Virus record (IMG/VR): IMGVR_UViG_3300025154_000049
Span: 94,518 to 158,517 of that record
Source of the DNA: a virus
Length of the DNA: 64,000 bases
Strand: one strand, 5' to 3'
How positions within the stretch are numbered: position 1 is the first letter of the stretch; every line of letters starts with the position of its first letter. This document shows positions 9,989 to 18,945 of this stretch, piece by piece. Under the pieces are notes generated by a model. It did no database searches, had not been told where the DNA came from, and worked only from the letters and a program-made list of their open reading frames with translations. The position numbers and the translations under genes are program-made.

Positions 9989-10479
9989 TATTCTACCAGC
10001 TCCTGCATTGTTTCATAGTGTGGAAAAGCATCTAAAAATATTTCAGAATGCCATATAATCATACTTACTAATTGTTCGTATTCTATTTTATTCATGAATT
10101 CTTCTTTAGCTTCTTCTAACATCTCTGCCTTATATAAAGCTCTTGACATCACGGGGGTTAAATTCGCTTCTGTTTCAAAAACCTTATCGGGGAGTAACTT
10201 AAGATTCTTAAAAACATCTTGAGCTATTAAATTAGCCGTAGCTTTAGTAGCCTCTCTACAACTGGCTACTTTCATTTGGGGATACCCTCCAACAAATCTT
10301 GTTCTTACCTTAACTTCCATACCCCATATATTACGCATTGCCATATCAATACCCATAACGTACTCAGAAGATTTTGTAGTTTTTACTATAGGCTTGGGAA
10401 TATTATTTTTACCGTACAAGTTATTATTGTGAACGTGCCCTAATTTATTTAAGTGCATTCCAAAAGGCTTTTTACCCAT
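9988..10479 (-). CDS. C-terminal MxEL-tag protein
   Basis: ends TMQELVE. Confidence 0.75.
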   Translation of the reverse strand: MGKKPFGMHLNKLGHVHNNNLYGKNNIPKPIVKTTKSSEYVMGIDMAMRNIWGMEVKVRTRFVGGYPQMKVASCREATKATANLIAQDVFKNLKLLPDKVFETEANLTPVMSRALYKAEMLEEAKEEFMNKIEYEQLVSMIIWHSEIFLDAFPHYETMQELVE

Positions 10480-10501
10480 ATATTATTTCCTTTCTAAAAT
10501 T

Positions 10502-10563
10502 AGTATAGCAAAGAAAAAGGACTTTTTCAAGTCCTAGGTCATGAGTATTAAATTATTGTTACA
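10502..10563 (-). promoter_or_regulatory. terminator-fused sigma70 promoter plus operator
   Basis: Copy of the 6582-6616 element. Confidence 0.8.
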
Positions 10564-10565
10564 AA

Positions 10566-10886
10566 TTATCCTTTAAATCTTTTTTCTTCTTTTAATTCAT
10601 GTATCATATCGTATTTAAGCATTATATCTTTCCATTCTTCATTACCCTCAAACATTTCACATCCTATACCATGTCTTCCAGATAACATAAAACTCTCTGT
10701 TTCGTTATATGTGAAAGAACATACATAACAATAGGGAGTAGAAATGGATTTTCCGTTGTGCCACGGGTGCCCGCACACAAGTCTGTGGTGAGTACATTGA
10801 CAACAACAGCCTATACAAGGTGCCCCTGTTGAAGGCTCGTAAGTATAGTGAGGAAATTTATCTATATTATATTTTTCTACACCCAT
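10566..10886 (-). CDS. Cys-rich protein with subterminal tag
   Basis: CCCQC; MIHELKE near the end. Confidence 0.65.
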   Translation of the reverse strand: MGVEKYNIDKFPHYTYEPSTGAPCIGCCCQCTHHRLVCGHPWHNGKSISTPYCYVCSFTYNETESFMLSGRHGIGCEMFEGNEEWKDIMLKYDMIHELKEEKRFKG

Positions 10887-11224
10887 AATCGTAATCTCGC
10901 TAAAGATTTTGGTAATAAACTTTCTTCTATAGGATAAATAACTATTCCTGTGAGAGTTCTACCATTAAATTCGGTAAATCCTTCATCAATAATGTCATTA
11001 TATGCGATATTATTGTCTTCTAAAGTTTTTCTAAGATTGTTTAGTTTCTCCAAAGAAGAAACTTTTAATAATATTTTTCTTCTATATGATTCTTGCACCC
11101 ACTTAGCGTGGTTATCCTTTGCACCAGACCAAATAAGGTCAGTTCCATGTCCAACTTGTATTCCCAACTTTGAGATGGACATATTTAAGTCTTCTCTTAA
11201 TAAAAAATATGCTTTAACGACCAT
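10877..11224 (-). CDS. pth2: peptidyl-tRNA hydrolase, Pth2 family
   Basis: LREDLNMSISKLGIQVGHG, KILLK, IIDEGFTEF..RTLT motifs. Confidence 0.85.
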   Translation of the reverse strand: MVVKAYFLLREDLNMSISKLGIQVGHGTDLIWSGAKDNHAKWVQESYRRKILLKVSSLEKLNNLRKTLEDNNIAYNDIIDEGFTEFNGRTLTGIVIYPIEESLLPKSLARLRLWV

Positions 11225-11256
11225 AAGATACTCCTAAAGACATTCTTTTATAAACA

Positions 11257-12393
11257 TCATATCTTGGTATAATTTTGTAAGTTTTCTTCATATTTTATCC
11301 TATATGGGTTATTTAATCTACCTACGTACTCATGGGAGTAACATAATCTTCTGGTATCTAGTTTCATGTGATGCCATAAATCTTTTTTACTTTGTTTTTG
11401 AGACTTCTCCCTACTTTTTAAATTTGTGGAAGTGGGTCTCCACAAACTACTCGTTTGTCTATACTCCCCCATTCTTATATGAGCTGTTTTAGAAAAATAT
11501 CTATATCCCTTATTTAGAAACATTTCTCCAATGCTATCAGAGAATCGGGTACCTATTCCCATTCCTTGATAATCAGGGAGAACTACCAATCTACTTTCTC
11601 TAAATTTATTCCTATTATCTCCTTCGTATAGAGGAGGAATTCTACTAGGTAAAGATAAATTACCAGAAAACACTATTTCTTGATTTCCCCACAATCCCAC
11701 ATAACACTTCGCTGCTATATTCATATCATTATTTAGATAATGATGTTTTGAGAACAAGTTCCAAGTTTTATAATCTGTCTCATATATGTCGATTTTGATT
11801 TGAGGTCTACATCGAAGTAACCTCCGTTCGGTTAGTTGTCCAGAATCAGTATCAAAAATCCAATCTGGGTCTAACCACTCCACTATATCTCTATGACAAC
11901 TTGATATAGTTATGTTCTTTAAATTATTCTTCCTTATATACTTAGATATCGCAACAGAACAAGCCTTAGCTACATTTCTATCTACTACTGAAGTGAATTC
12001 ATCTATAATAGCATTATCTCTTAAAGACATAGCTAACTCAGCCCTGAATTTTTCTCCATTAGATAAAACATAGTAAGGTTTTGTCCAAGAAGGTATGGTG
12101 TTTAGACCAACTGCTGATAATTTATCTATAGCTTCTTCAGGAGTATCAAAATGACTCGCAATACATCTATCATAATCCCACACACTATGGAGTTCTTTCC
12201 CGAATTCTCTAAGAAGCGTAGTCTTCCCACTACCCGAAGAACCCACTATTAAACCTACATTATAGTTATTATCGCTTAGATTAGGTTTTTCCCAACAATT
12301 AAATATATTAACACCACTAAATTCATAATCAAAACATTTCGATATTTTTTCAGTGTATTCATCAGTTTTAACAGTACATTTAACTTGTCTCAC
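11257..12393 (-). CDS. ABC-type ATPase fused to GNAT (Mom-like) acetyltransferase
   Basis: GSSGSGKT, LSNGE, IIDEF; C-terminal RLVVLPDYQGMGIG acetyl-CoA motif. Confidence 0.85.
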   Translation of the reverse strand: MRQVKCTVKTDEYTEKISKCFDYEFSGVNIFNCWEKPNLSDNNYNVGLIVGSSGSGKTTLLREFGKELHSVWDYDRCIASHFDTPEEAIDKLSAVGLNTIPSWTKPYYVLSNGEKFRAELAMSLRDNAIIDEFTSVVDRNVAKACSVAISKYIRKNNLKNITISSCHRDIVEWLDPDWIFDTDSGQLTERRLLRCRPQIKIDIYETDYKTWNLFSKHHYLNNDMNIAAKCYVGLWGNQEIVFSGNLSLPSRIPPLYEGDNRNKFRESRLVVLPDYQGMGIGTRFSDSIGEMFLNKGYRYFSKTAHIRMGEYRQTSSLWRPTSTNLKSREKSQKQSKKDLWHHMKLDTRRLCYSHEYVGRLNNPYRIKYEENLQNYTKI

Positions 12394-12396
12394 CGA

Positions 12397-12618
12397 TTAA
12401 CCTCTCTCATCAAACTCTTCAGTCATCTCTTCATAGAACTCACAATCTTCCATGGATTCTAATATCTCTTCACAAAATTGTTTTCTTTTGATACAGAAGA
12501 ACTCTAAATCGAAGGAGTAACCTCCATTATCCGTACTTCCTTCTCCAATTGTTTTTAATTCAGAGTAGCTACAATTAGAACAATATTTTACTTCCAAACA
12601 ATCTCTATCTCCACACAT
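12397..12618 (-). CDS. small Cys-rich protein
   Basis: Start moved to MCGD behind AGGAG. Confidence 0.6.
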   Translation of the reverse strand: MCGDRDCLEVKYCSNCSYSELKTIGEGSTDNGGYSFDLEFFCIKRKQFCEEILESMEDCEFYEEMTEEFDERG

Positions 12619-12640
12619 GAATATACTCCTTTTTAAAAAC

Positions 12641-12669
12641 ATTATACCATGAGATATTTAAAATGTCAA
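12641..12669 (-). promoter_or_regulatory. sigma70 promoter
   Basis: TTGACA-17-TATAAT. Confidence 0.85.
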
Positions 12670-12671
12670 GC

Positions 12672-12750
12672 AATAAAAAAGTAGTTAAGTTTGTAGGGCA
12701 AACAGCTACATTTTTAACTACTATAAGAGAAAAGGCAAAAAATGTGTATA
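12672..12750 (-). ncRNA. candidate ~80 nt sRNA
   Basis: Own promoter (12756-12783), no ORF, ends in AGTAGTTAA...TTAACTACT-T6 hairpin. Confidence 0.5.
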
Positions 12751-12755
12751 CTTTT

Positions 12756-12783
12756 ATTATACCACTATTTAGTTATTTGTCAA
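12756..12783 (-). promoter_or_regulatory. sigma70 promoter
   Basis: TTGACA-16-TATAAT with TG. Confidence 0.75.
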
Positions 12784-12792
12784 GTGATAATA

Positions 12793-13110
12793 TTATTCTA
12801 ATTCTATTAAAGTTATATCATAGTCTTTATTAGTCTTTTGAATTCTTATTTCGTAATCTGGCTGAGATTGCTTAATAGTGTCTAGCATATCTTTATTATT
12901 TAATTCCGCTTCAAAGTCAGGTTCATTTCTTTTATAGAGACTTTTGGCTACGTGAAAGGTATCCCCATCTACTCTGGTATAAACAAAATCAGTATCTCCC
13001 TTTGTATTTAAATAAAATACATTCTGCACTTCTGGAAATACATAATCTAGTCCTCGAGGAGGAACATCTGATTTTATATAATCTAATAGTTCTAAAATTC
13101 TTTTTAACAT
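12793..13110 (-). CDS. hypothetical protein with N-leader
   Basis: MLKRILE; late motif upstream. Confidence 0.6.
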   Translation of the reverse strand: MLKRILELLDYIKSDVPPRGLDYVFPEVQNVFYLNTKGDTDFVYTRVDGDTFHVAKSLYKRNEPDFEAELNNKDMLDTIKQSQPDYEIRIQKTNKDYDITLIELE

Positions 13111-13153
13111 AGTTTACCCACCACTTCTCCAATACATTCTACCAATGTTTCTT

Positions 13154-13169
13154 CTCATTTAAAATATAA
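13154..13169 (-). promoter_or_regulatory. putative late promoter TTATATTTTAAATGAG
   Basis: Same motif at 16184, 33454 and 44085. Confidence 0.55.
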
Positions 13170-13171
13170 AA

Positions 13172-13196
13172 GAAACGTCATTTATCATGACGTTTC
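13172..13196 (-). terminator. intrinsic terminator
   Basis: GAAACGTCA-7-TGACGTTTC followed by TTTT. Confidence 0.7.
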
Positions 13197-13242
13197 GATA
13201 ACCCATTACACCTATAGTGTAAGTACTCATGGCACTTGGGAA

Positions 13243-15249
13243 TTAGTCTTCCATTAGGTCTAATTGTTTGAGAATAGCTTTTATACTTTCATGACCTAAT
13301 TTTAATTTTTGTTGTTTATTTCTCTTGTCTGTTAATATGTCTTTATATTTTTGGAATACTTTCATAACATCATTAAAGAATTCTTCAGACTCCTCGAAAG
13401 GCTTTTTAAAGTCTTCCATTATATCTTCTATCTTCTCTTCTTGGTTTTCGTCTAAATATATCTCATTGTATCTTAGATTCTCTTCCGCCATCCACTGTGC
13501 ATTACTTTTTATACTTTCCCCAATATCTCCAAAGTCAGATTTTAATTCATAGTATTGAAAAGGAACCCATAAGTATTTAAGATAAGAACCATGAAAATCT
13601 TTTTTCTCATATCCTACTATATCTTCTATCTGTTTTATAGTTTCCGAACTTATAACACCATATCTATGTAGTAAATTAACTAAATCTCCGTGCATACTTG
13701 GATACAGAGTTAAGAAAGAATCGAGGGACTGTTCTCTCATATTAACATCAAAGAATTTTTTAACATAACTGGATATTTCTTCATTCTGAGTTAAAGACCT
13801 CCAGATAGATTCTTTAGTTTCGTCTGCATAAACAATATCTATAAAATCTGCTATATCACTATCCATCTCTTTCAAAAATTCTTTGATCTGAACTTCTTGA
13901 TAAACCCAATTATCTTTTACTTTGAAAGCATATCCAGTAAGTTTGTTCATCCCCTCGGATATAGCTTCACTAGAGGGGTTATCTACTAACATAAACAGTT
14001 CAGGGTGCTCTTCCAGATGTGCTTCTGCCACCTCGGAGAAGAAATCTTTAAGACCTTTATGTTCTGATAAAAACTCTAATAGATTTATCTTCCTATCATC
14101 TTTATCCATAAAGGAACCTGTTTCAAACTGAAATTGATATTTTTCAGAAGGGTTTTGATTATTTATTATTACGTATAGAATACCTTGTCCACTATAAGTA
14201 TCATAATAAGACCTATCAGAAGTAGAAGCAGTACACCACCTAGTTCCAGAGCCTAGGTTACAAGATGCTTCATAACTGTTAGGATTCCAAACTTGCCACT
14301 CTTCGTCCTCATAAGCTTTTTCTGCCCTTTGAAAACCTTGTTTTTTAATTTGTCTTTGTCTTTGTTTATTAGATAAAGCTAGTTCTTGGTCTTGAACAGA
14401 ATCCAATCCTACAGCTAAGTCGGGTAATGTCTTGAATTGGAATATATCTTTATTAGGAAATTTCTTTTTATTAGCTTCAAAATCATTTAAGTACTCAGTA
14501 ACTTTATAGAAATCTTCTTCCTTTAAATTATTAGTAGTCCAAAGTTTTAATATCCATCTGGCATAATTTCCAGCGATATCTCCTCCTCTGTAGGTAGGGT
14601 CGAGATTAACAAGTTTCCAAAACAACCCATTATCAATAGCTGAATAGTACTTGTTGTACATATCAGATAAACCTTCATTCATGGATTCGTCTTGGGAATT
14701 ATTCGAGTTAGTTATTTCTACAGTAGTATCGTTTTGAAAGGATACTTCTTTTACTCCTAATTTGAGAGCTATCTCTTTTATAAAATAGGAATCCATCAGT
14801 TGAGAGATAAATTTATTTTTAAATTCTTCTACATCTGAATCTGAATAGTAACCATCAACATCTAAAATTAAATCTTTTTTCCAATAATATAGATGCAATT
14901 GGATTCCTTCTAATCCTAATTGTTCCATTACGTCATGATGTAATGCTTTAGCATTCCACACGTAGTAGTCATTATCCCAGACTAACAGTCTAATAGCTCT
15001 ATTCTTATAAAGCATATTCTTTATTAAATACAAATCTGGATTATGTTCTACTGGATAGAGTTCACCATCTACGTCAGCCTCAACGTAATCAAAGAATTCT
15101 TCAGTTACCTGTTTCAGTTTCTTCTTTTTCTTTTTATGTTTCTTAGGAGATTCTGGATAAATAGCAAGATTAGTAGCAGGAGGATATGATATTTCCACAT
15201 CTCCCTTTAAGATACCCTCAACTATTTTTTTAACTTTATCCAAGCCCAT
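13243..15249 (-). CDS. multidomain putative virion-internal protein (NP-module plus WCTAS domain)
   Basis: Leader MGLDKVKKIVE; VEHNP..IRLL..YVWN..LHH module; paralog of 3938-5452. Confidence 0.7.
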   Translation of the reverse strand: MGLDKVKKIVEGILKGDVEISYPPATNLAIYPESPKKHKKKKKKLKQVTEEFFDYVEADVDGELYPVEHNPDLYLIKNMLYKNRAIRLLVWDNDYYVWNAKALHHDVMEQLGLEGIQLHLYYWKKDLILDVDGYYSDSDVEEFKNKFISQLMDSYFIKEIALKLGVKEVSFQNDTTVEITNSNNSQDESMNEGLSDMYNKYYSAIDNGLFWKLVNLDPTYRGGDIAGNYARWILKLWTTNNLKEEDFYKVTEYLNDFEANKKKFPNKDIFQFKTLPDLAVGLDSVQDQELALSNKQRQRQIKKQGFQRAEKAYEDEEWQVWNPNSYEASCNLGSGTRWCTASTSDRSYYDTYSGQGILYVIINNQNPSEKYQFQFETGSFMDKDDRKINLLEFLSEHKGLKDFFSEVAEAHLEEHPELFMLVDNPSSEAISEGMNKLTGYAFKVKDNWVYQEVQIKEFLKEMDSDIADFIDIVYADETKESIWRSLTQNEEISSYVKKFFDVNMREQSLDSFLTLYPSMHGDLVNLLHRYGVISSETIKQIEDIVGYEKKDFHGSYLKYLWVPFQYYELKSDFGDIGESIKSNAQWMAEENLRYNEIYLDENQEEKIEDIMEDFKKPFEESEEFFNDVMKVFQKYKDILTDKRNKQQKLKLGHESIKAILKQLDLMED

Positions 15250-15252
15250 TAA

Positions 15253-15459
15253 TTATTCTCTTCCATCAATAAAAGATTTTAACTTGTTAATAAAGGGTTT
15301 TAATATTCTTCTTACTTCCTCGGAGTCAGAATCGGTACTCATAGAATAGTATAGACCGTCTTCTATCTCCTCTAATTCTTTTACTAAGTCAGACAACTCC
15401 GAGCTGTCTTCGTAGTTGTATCCCTCATTTACTATCTTTTGTATTTTTTTAAACGACAT
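15253..15459 (-). CDS. hypothetical protein with N-leader
   Basis: MSFKKIQKIVNE. Confidence 0.6.
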   Translation of the reverse strand: MSFKKIQKIVNEGYNYEDSSELSDLVKELEEIEDGLYYSMSTDSDSEEVRRILKPFINKLKSFIDGRE

Positions 15460-15468
15460 TTTAAAACC

Positions 15469-15738
15469 TCAAACTATTCTATTCTTAGTATACTCTTTTT
15501 TAATACGTTCCCTCATTATACCAAATTTGGATTCTCCAAGAGAGGATATCAGGGCATCTTGTATACCCCTTAAATAATATTTATTCTTTTCTGATTTATG
15601 CTCTCGATAATCATAGTATGCTTTTCTATATAAGCTTATTGCGGATTTATCCATAGCATCTCTAGTAGGAGTACCCTTATTTGATATCTCCTCGAACAGC
15701 TTTGTGTTTTCTACATTTTCCAATATCTTCTTGAACAT
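15469..15738 (-). CDS. hypothetical protein with N-leader
   Basis: MFKKILE. Confidence 0.6.
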   Translation of the reverse strand: MFKKILENVENTKLFEEISNKGTPTRDAMDKSAISLYRKAYYDYREHKSEKNKYYLRGIQDALISSLGESKFGIMRERIKKEYTKNRIV

Positions 15739-15739
15739 T

Positions 15740-16144
15740 TTAATATCTCAGTATCATTACCGCTTGTTTTACTTTAGCATTAAAGTAATTTCTACAATAC
15801 TCTTCTGCCATTTTTTCGTCATAATTTTTACAGGAGTAAATATTTAATGAAACCCTATTAAGATTATCAAAGGTGTGTATAGTTATATTAGATGTTTTTA
15901 AGAATAATACAGTGGAACATCCTTTAAGGTGCTCAAACTCTTCAGGTGTTTTATCAGGGTCTTGTACTGTGTATTCCCAAGTATGTATTTCTACCGAAGT
16001 CATATCTATGAAATCACATAAATCTTGGGTAAACTTCTCTACTCTGTCTTTATTGAAATCTTTTAAATTACAATTGTGTAAATCCAAAATTAATTCTTTT
16101 CCAAGTATCTCCCCCGAATTTATTTTATCTTGTATTTCCGACAT
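15740..16144 (-). CDS. speD: S-adenosylmethionine decarboxylase-like pyruvoyl enzyme
   Basis: GKELILDLHNC; LKTSNITIHTF; NIYSCKNY. Confidence 0.8.
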   Translation of the reverse strand: MSEIQDKINSGEILGKELILDLHNCNLKDFNKDRVEKFTQDLCDFIDMTSVEIHTWEYTVQDPDKTPEEFEHLKGCSTVLFLKTSNITIHTFDNLNRVSLNIYSCKNYDEKMAEEYCRNYFNAKVKQAVMILRY

Positions 16145-16181
16145 TTTAGTATTCCCTCAACTAATGCTAAAAACAATAATT

Positions 16182-16206
16182 ATCTATTTAAAATATAAAT
16201 TAATCA
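16182..16206 (-). promoter_or_regulatory. putative late promoter
   Basis: 25 nt identical to 33452-33476. Confidence 0.6.
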
Positions 16207-16220
16207 ATTGTTTTTTAACA

Positions 16221-16541
16221 CTAATTTACTAATTCGTGCATGGTGCCAAATATCTCTACATCTTCTTTAGAGTATACATCTACTTCATAGACACTTCCCG
16301 TATTTCTACTAAGCCAAACTTTTATCCTACTTTTCCAACAGGGTCTAACTCTATCGTTTACTAAATTAATAACACTGCGGAAATAGTTGTATATATCATT
16401 TATGTTTTCAAATTCCCATACCCAATAGTTATTATTAGGCATAGTTTTAATAACTAAATAAGAATTCCCCAAAAAATTCCTAGATATTCTTATGTAATAT
16501 TTATTTTCCGTAGCCTCATCTATGGAAGTTATTCTTTTCAT
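16221..16541 (-). CDS. MxEL-tag protein
   Basis: ends TMHELVN. Confidence 0.75.
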   Translation of the reverse strand: MKRITSIDEATENKYYIRISRNFLGNSYLVIKTMPNNNYWVWEFENINDIYNYFRSVINLVNDRVRPCWKSRIKVWLSRNTGSVYEVDVYSKEDVEIFGTMHELVN

Positions 16542-16879
16542 TTTATTAATTCATCCATCATCTTTATACTGATTATCTCATCTATATTATCCAATTCAAA
16601 TATTTTAATGTCATAGCTTCTTAATCTAAATCCATACTCAAAATATCCTATCTTACCCTTAAATACGTCTATCAGGAGACCTTCTGTTAAAATAGTATTA
16701 TCCTGTCTGGGATTTCCGTAACGATATTCTCTCCATTTACTTTTCTTTCCTCCGCAGGTGTAAAAGAATCTATACTCAGGAAACTTGGAGAGAGAAGAAT
16801 CCCAATGATGCACTCCAGTTTTCTTATAACAGTATACTTTAAGGGGATTTAATTTTTCAGGAGGGTCTATAAGTCTCAT
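16538..16879 (-). CDS. MxEL-tag protein
   Basis: ends MMDELIK. Confidence 0.75.
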   Translation of the reverse strand: MRLIDPPEKLNPLKVYCYKKTGVHHWDSSLSKFPEYRFFYTCGGKKSKWREYRYGNPRQDNTILTEGLLIDVFKGKIGYFEYGFRLRSYDIKIFELDNIDEIISIKMMDELIK

Positions 16880-17088
16880 TATTGGATTAACTCCTGCATA
16901 TACTTTCTAGCTTCCCTAAATTTATAGGATAATCTAAACCTATGGCACTTCTGGGCATTTCTTTCATATCTGGCATTATGGCAAGGCTCGGATTTACTTT
17001 CATTATGCTCACATATTCTACACGTCCTATAGATACATCTACTTGCATTACACTTAGCTTTTCCTCCGTTACAGTTTACACAACTCAT
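16879..17088 (-). CDS. Cys-rich MxEL-tag protein
   Basis: ends YMQELIQ. Confidence 0.7.
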   Translation of the reverse strand: MSCVNCNGGKAKCNASRCIYRTCRICEHNESKSEPCHNARYERNAQKCHRFRLSYKFREARKYMQELIQ

Positions 17089-17348
17089 CCTATAAGTTCC
17101 TTTATCATTAGATGATTTTTATATTCAGTATAGGTCATACATTCGTAAGATATTAATCCCCCATCTTCAGAGTAGACATCAATTACCTCTTGTATACTTG
17201 TGTATCGGGTATCGTGAAACTTACCTTGGTAATTGTACAAAACATACAAATATTTACTCCTACTCTTCTGTTTATAAATAGCAACATCGTCAGCTTCATC
17301 ACTGCTGAACCAAGGAGCACGTACTCTTAATTTGTGATATACCGTCAT
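17085..17348 (-). CDS. MxEL-tag protein
   Basis: ends MIKELIG. Confidence 0.75.
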   Translation of the reverse strand: MTVYHKLRVRAPWFSSDEADDVAIYKQKSRSKYLYVLYNYQGKFHDTRYTSIQEVIDVYSEDGGLISYECMTYTEYKNHLMIKELIG

Positions 17349-17659
17349 GATGTTAATTCTTCCATAGTACCCATCGTCAATACATAGTCGTCCAATTCTT
17401 CTTCACTATCAAATTCAAATAGCTTTACCCTAGAATCGTATACCTGTTCCTCTACGAACCATCTTTCTAATTCAGAAATTCCAGAGAACTCAGTTCTTCT
17501 AAACTTATCTGGTTTCGTTTGTTGTTTATAGAATACTTTACCTTTCTTACTTATCTTATAAGTAGCCCAAGTATTACCGCTAAGTATTCTACTATCGGGG
17601 CAATATATTAAAGTATAGGAATTTAATTTTAGAAATCCTCTTATCTTTATTTCTTTCAT
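17345..17659 (-). CDS. MxEL-tag protein
   Basis: ends TMEELTS. Confidence 0.75.
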   Translation of the reverse strand: MKEIKIRGFLKLNSYTLIYCPDSRILSGNTWATYKISKKGKVFYKQQTKPDKFRRTEFSGISELERWFVEEQVYDSRVKLFEFDSEEELDDYVLTMGTMEELTS

Positions 17660-17877
17660 GATATGAGTTCTCTCATAGTTTTATAGTTATCTACCGCTTC
17701 CCAGAATTCCTCTTTGGTTATTTTAGTCCAATTCCTTTTAGCCAACTCACTGGAACCTGTTGTAGTTAGAGTATAATATTTTTTAGTAAATATCTCATTG
17801 ATATGATAGCTATGTGTTAGCCCCCAGTCATTTATTAAATGGACATATCCATAAGGGTCTCTGTAATACTCCGACAT
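17656..17877 (-). CDS. MxEL-tag protein
   Basis: ends TMRELIS. Confidence 0.75.
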   Translation of the reverse strand: MSEYYRDPYGYVHLINDWGLTHSYHINEIFTKKYYTLTTTGSSELAKRNWTKITKEEFWEAVDNYKTMRELIS

Positions 17878-17889
17878 TATTTCCTCTTA

Positions 17890-17968
17890 ATTGTAACCTA
17901 TAGGTTACATTTTACTCTACTGATTGTAACCTATAGGTTACATTTTACTTTATTATCTATAGGTTATA
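17890..17968. repeat. tandem palindromic operator-like repeats
   Basis: TGTAACCTATAGGTTACA at 17892-17909 and 17925-17942 within a 27-nt direct repeat (period 33), plus a degenerate third copy. Confidence 0.9.
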
Positions 17969-18004
17969 TTTATTATTTAAAAACATAATAGATAGGTTAT
18001 AATT

Positions 18005-18361
18005 TTAAGATACCAACTCCTTCATCATAAAGTAACTATTGTAGTGAGACTCGTTTTCAAACTCTAATAAGTCCATGTGAGGTTTTTCATAATAAACATG
18101 AGCGTACCCAAAATGCTTAGTTAGATAAGAAACCAGATGATTTACTTTTAAGCAATGCCATCTACCCTTATCGTCTTTAAGATAGATACCGCTCTTATCT
18201 CTTTTTATAGCCAATTCTTTAAAGTCGTCATTTTTAAATAATGTGGTAGGGAAAGCTATAGCATAGAATTTACCTTCCTTGAATAGCTCACTAGGAATTT
18301 TATAATTCTTAGTTATGTTAGATAGTTTAATCTTTTTGACTTTATTAGTAATTTTACTCAT
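18005..18361 (-). CDS. MxEL-tag protein
   Basis: ends MMKELVS; start moved to the ATGA overlap. Confidence 0.75.
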   Translation of the reverse strand: MSKITNKVKKIKLSNITKNYKIPSELFKEGKFYAIAFPTTLFKNDDFKELAIKRDKSGIYLKDDKGRWHCLKVNHLVSYLTKHFGYAHVYYEKPHMDLLEFENESHYNSYFMMKELVS

Positions 18362-18594
18362 TCCGTTAGTTCCCGTATATGTTTCCACTTAGCCATACTT
18401 TCGTCATCTATCGTAAGACAATCATAGGGACAATGTTCTACTGCCTTTATTATCTTTAGTTCATTACCTTCTATGTTCTGCTCCTTTATCTCTATCAAGA
18501 AGAAAGAACGAGGGCTATCTATTAGAAAAACTTCAGGACAATAATACTCACAATGCTTACATAGTTGGCATTCATCTCCTATGTATATTATCAT
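18358..18594 (-). CDS. ferredoxin carrying the C-terminal tag
   Basis: CxxCxxCxxxCPEVF...AVEHCPYDCL; ends HIRELTE. Confidence 0.8.
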   Translation of the reverse strand: MIIYIGDECQLCKHCEYYCPEVFLIDSPRSFFLIEIKEQNIEGNELKIIKAVEHCPYDCLTIDDESMAKWKHIRELTE

Positions 18595-18941
18595 CTGACA
18601 AGTTCTTCCATAACTTTGATTTTATCTATCTCTTGCTGAATCATAAAATCGGGCATGTCGTGAAGTTTCTGAAAATCTTCTCCGCATAGATTATAAATTC
18701 GTTCTATTATCTTGAATTTTATTGCATCGGAAGTTATCCTAGATACATGAGAGTATAGAAAGGCTGTGCTTATACAATTAAATATCTCTTCCTCGTAGGT
18801 CTTCTGAACTATCAATTTTAATAGTTCAGTTCGTAAAGGGTCTGAAATACAATCATCTGTAAAGAATTCAATATTTATACTACATTGAATTTCACCATGT
18901 ATACTATTAGTTATTTCTATATCTATCCTTGGATTTATCAT
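18591..18941 (-). CDS. MxEL-tag protein
   Basis: ends VMEELVR. Confidence 0.75.
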   Translation of the reverse strand: MINPRIDIEITNSIHGEIQCSINIEFFTDDCISDPLRTELLKLIVQKTYEEEIFNCISTAFLYSHVSRITSDAIKFKIIERIYNLCGEDFQKLHDMPDFMIQQEIDKIKVMEELVR

Positions 18942-18945
18942 GTTT

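Noticed and set aside
17890-17968. Possible mini CRISPR array
   Set aside because: Only two 27-nt copies with a 6-nt spacer; it matches the promoter operator instead.
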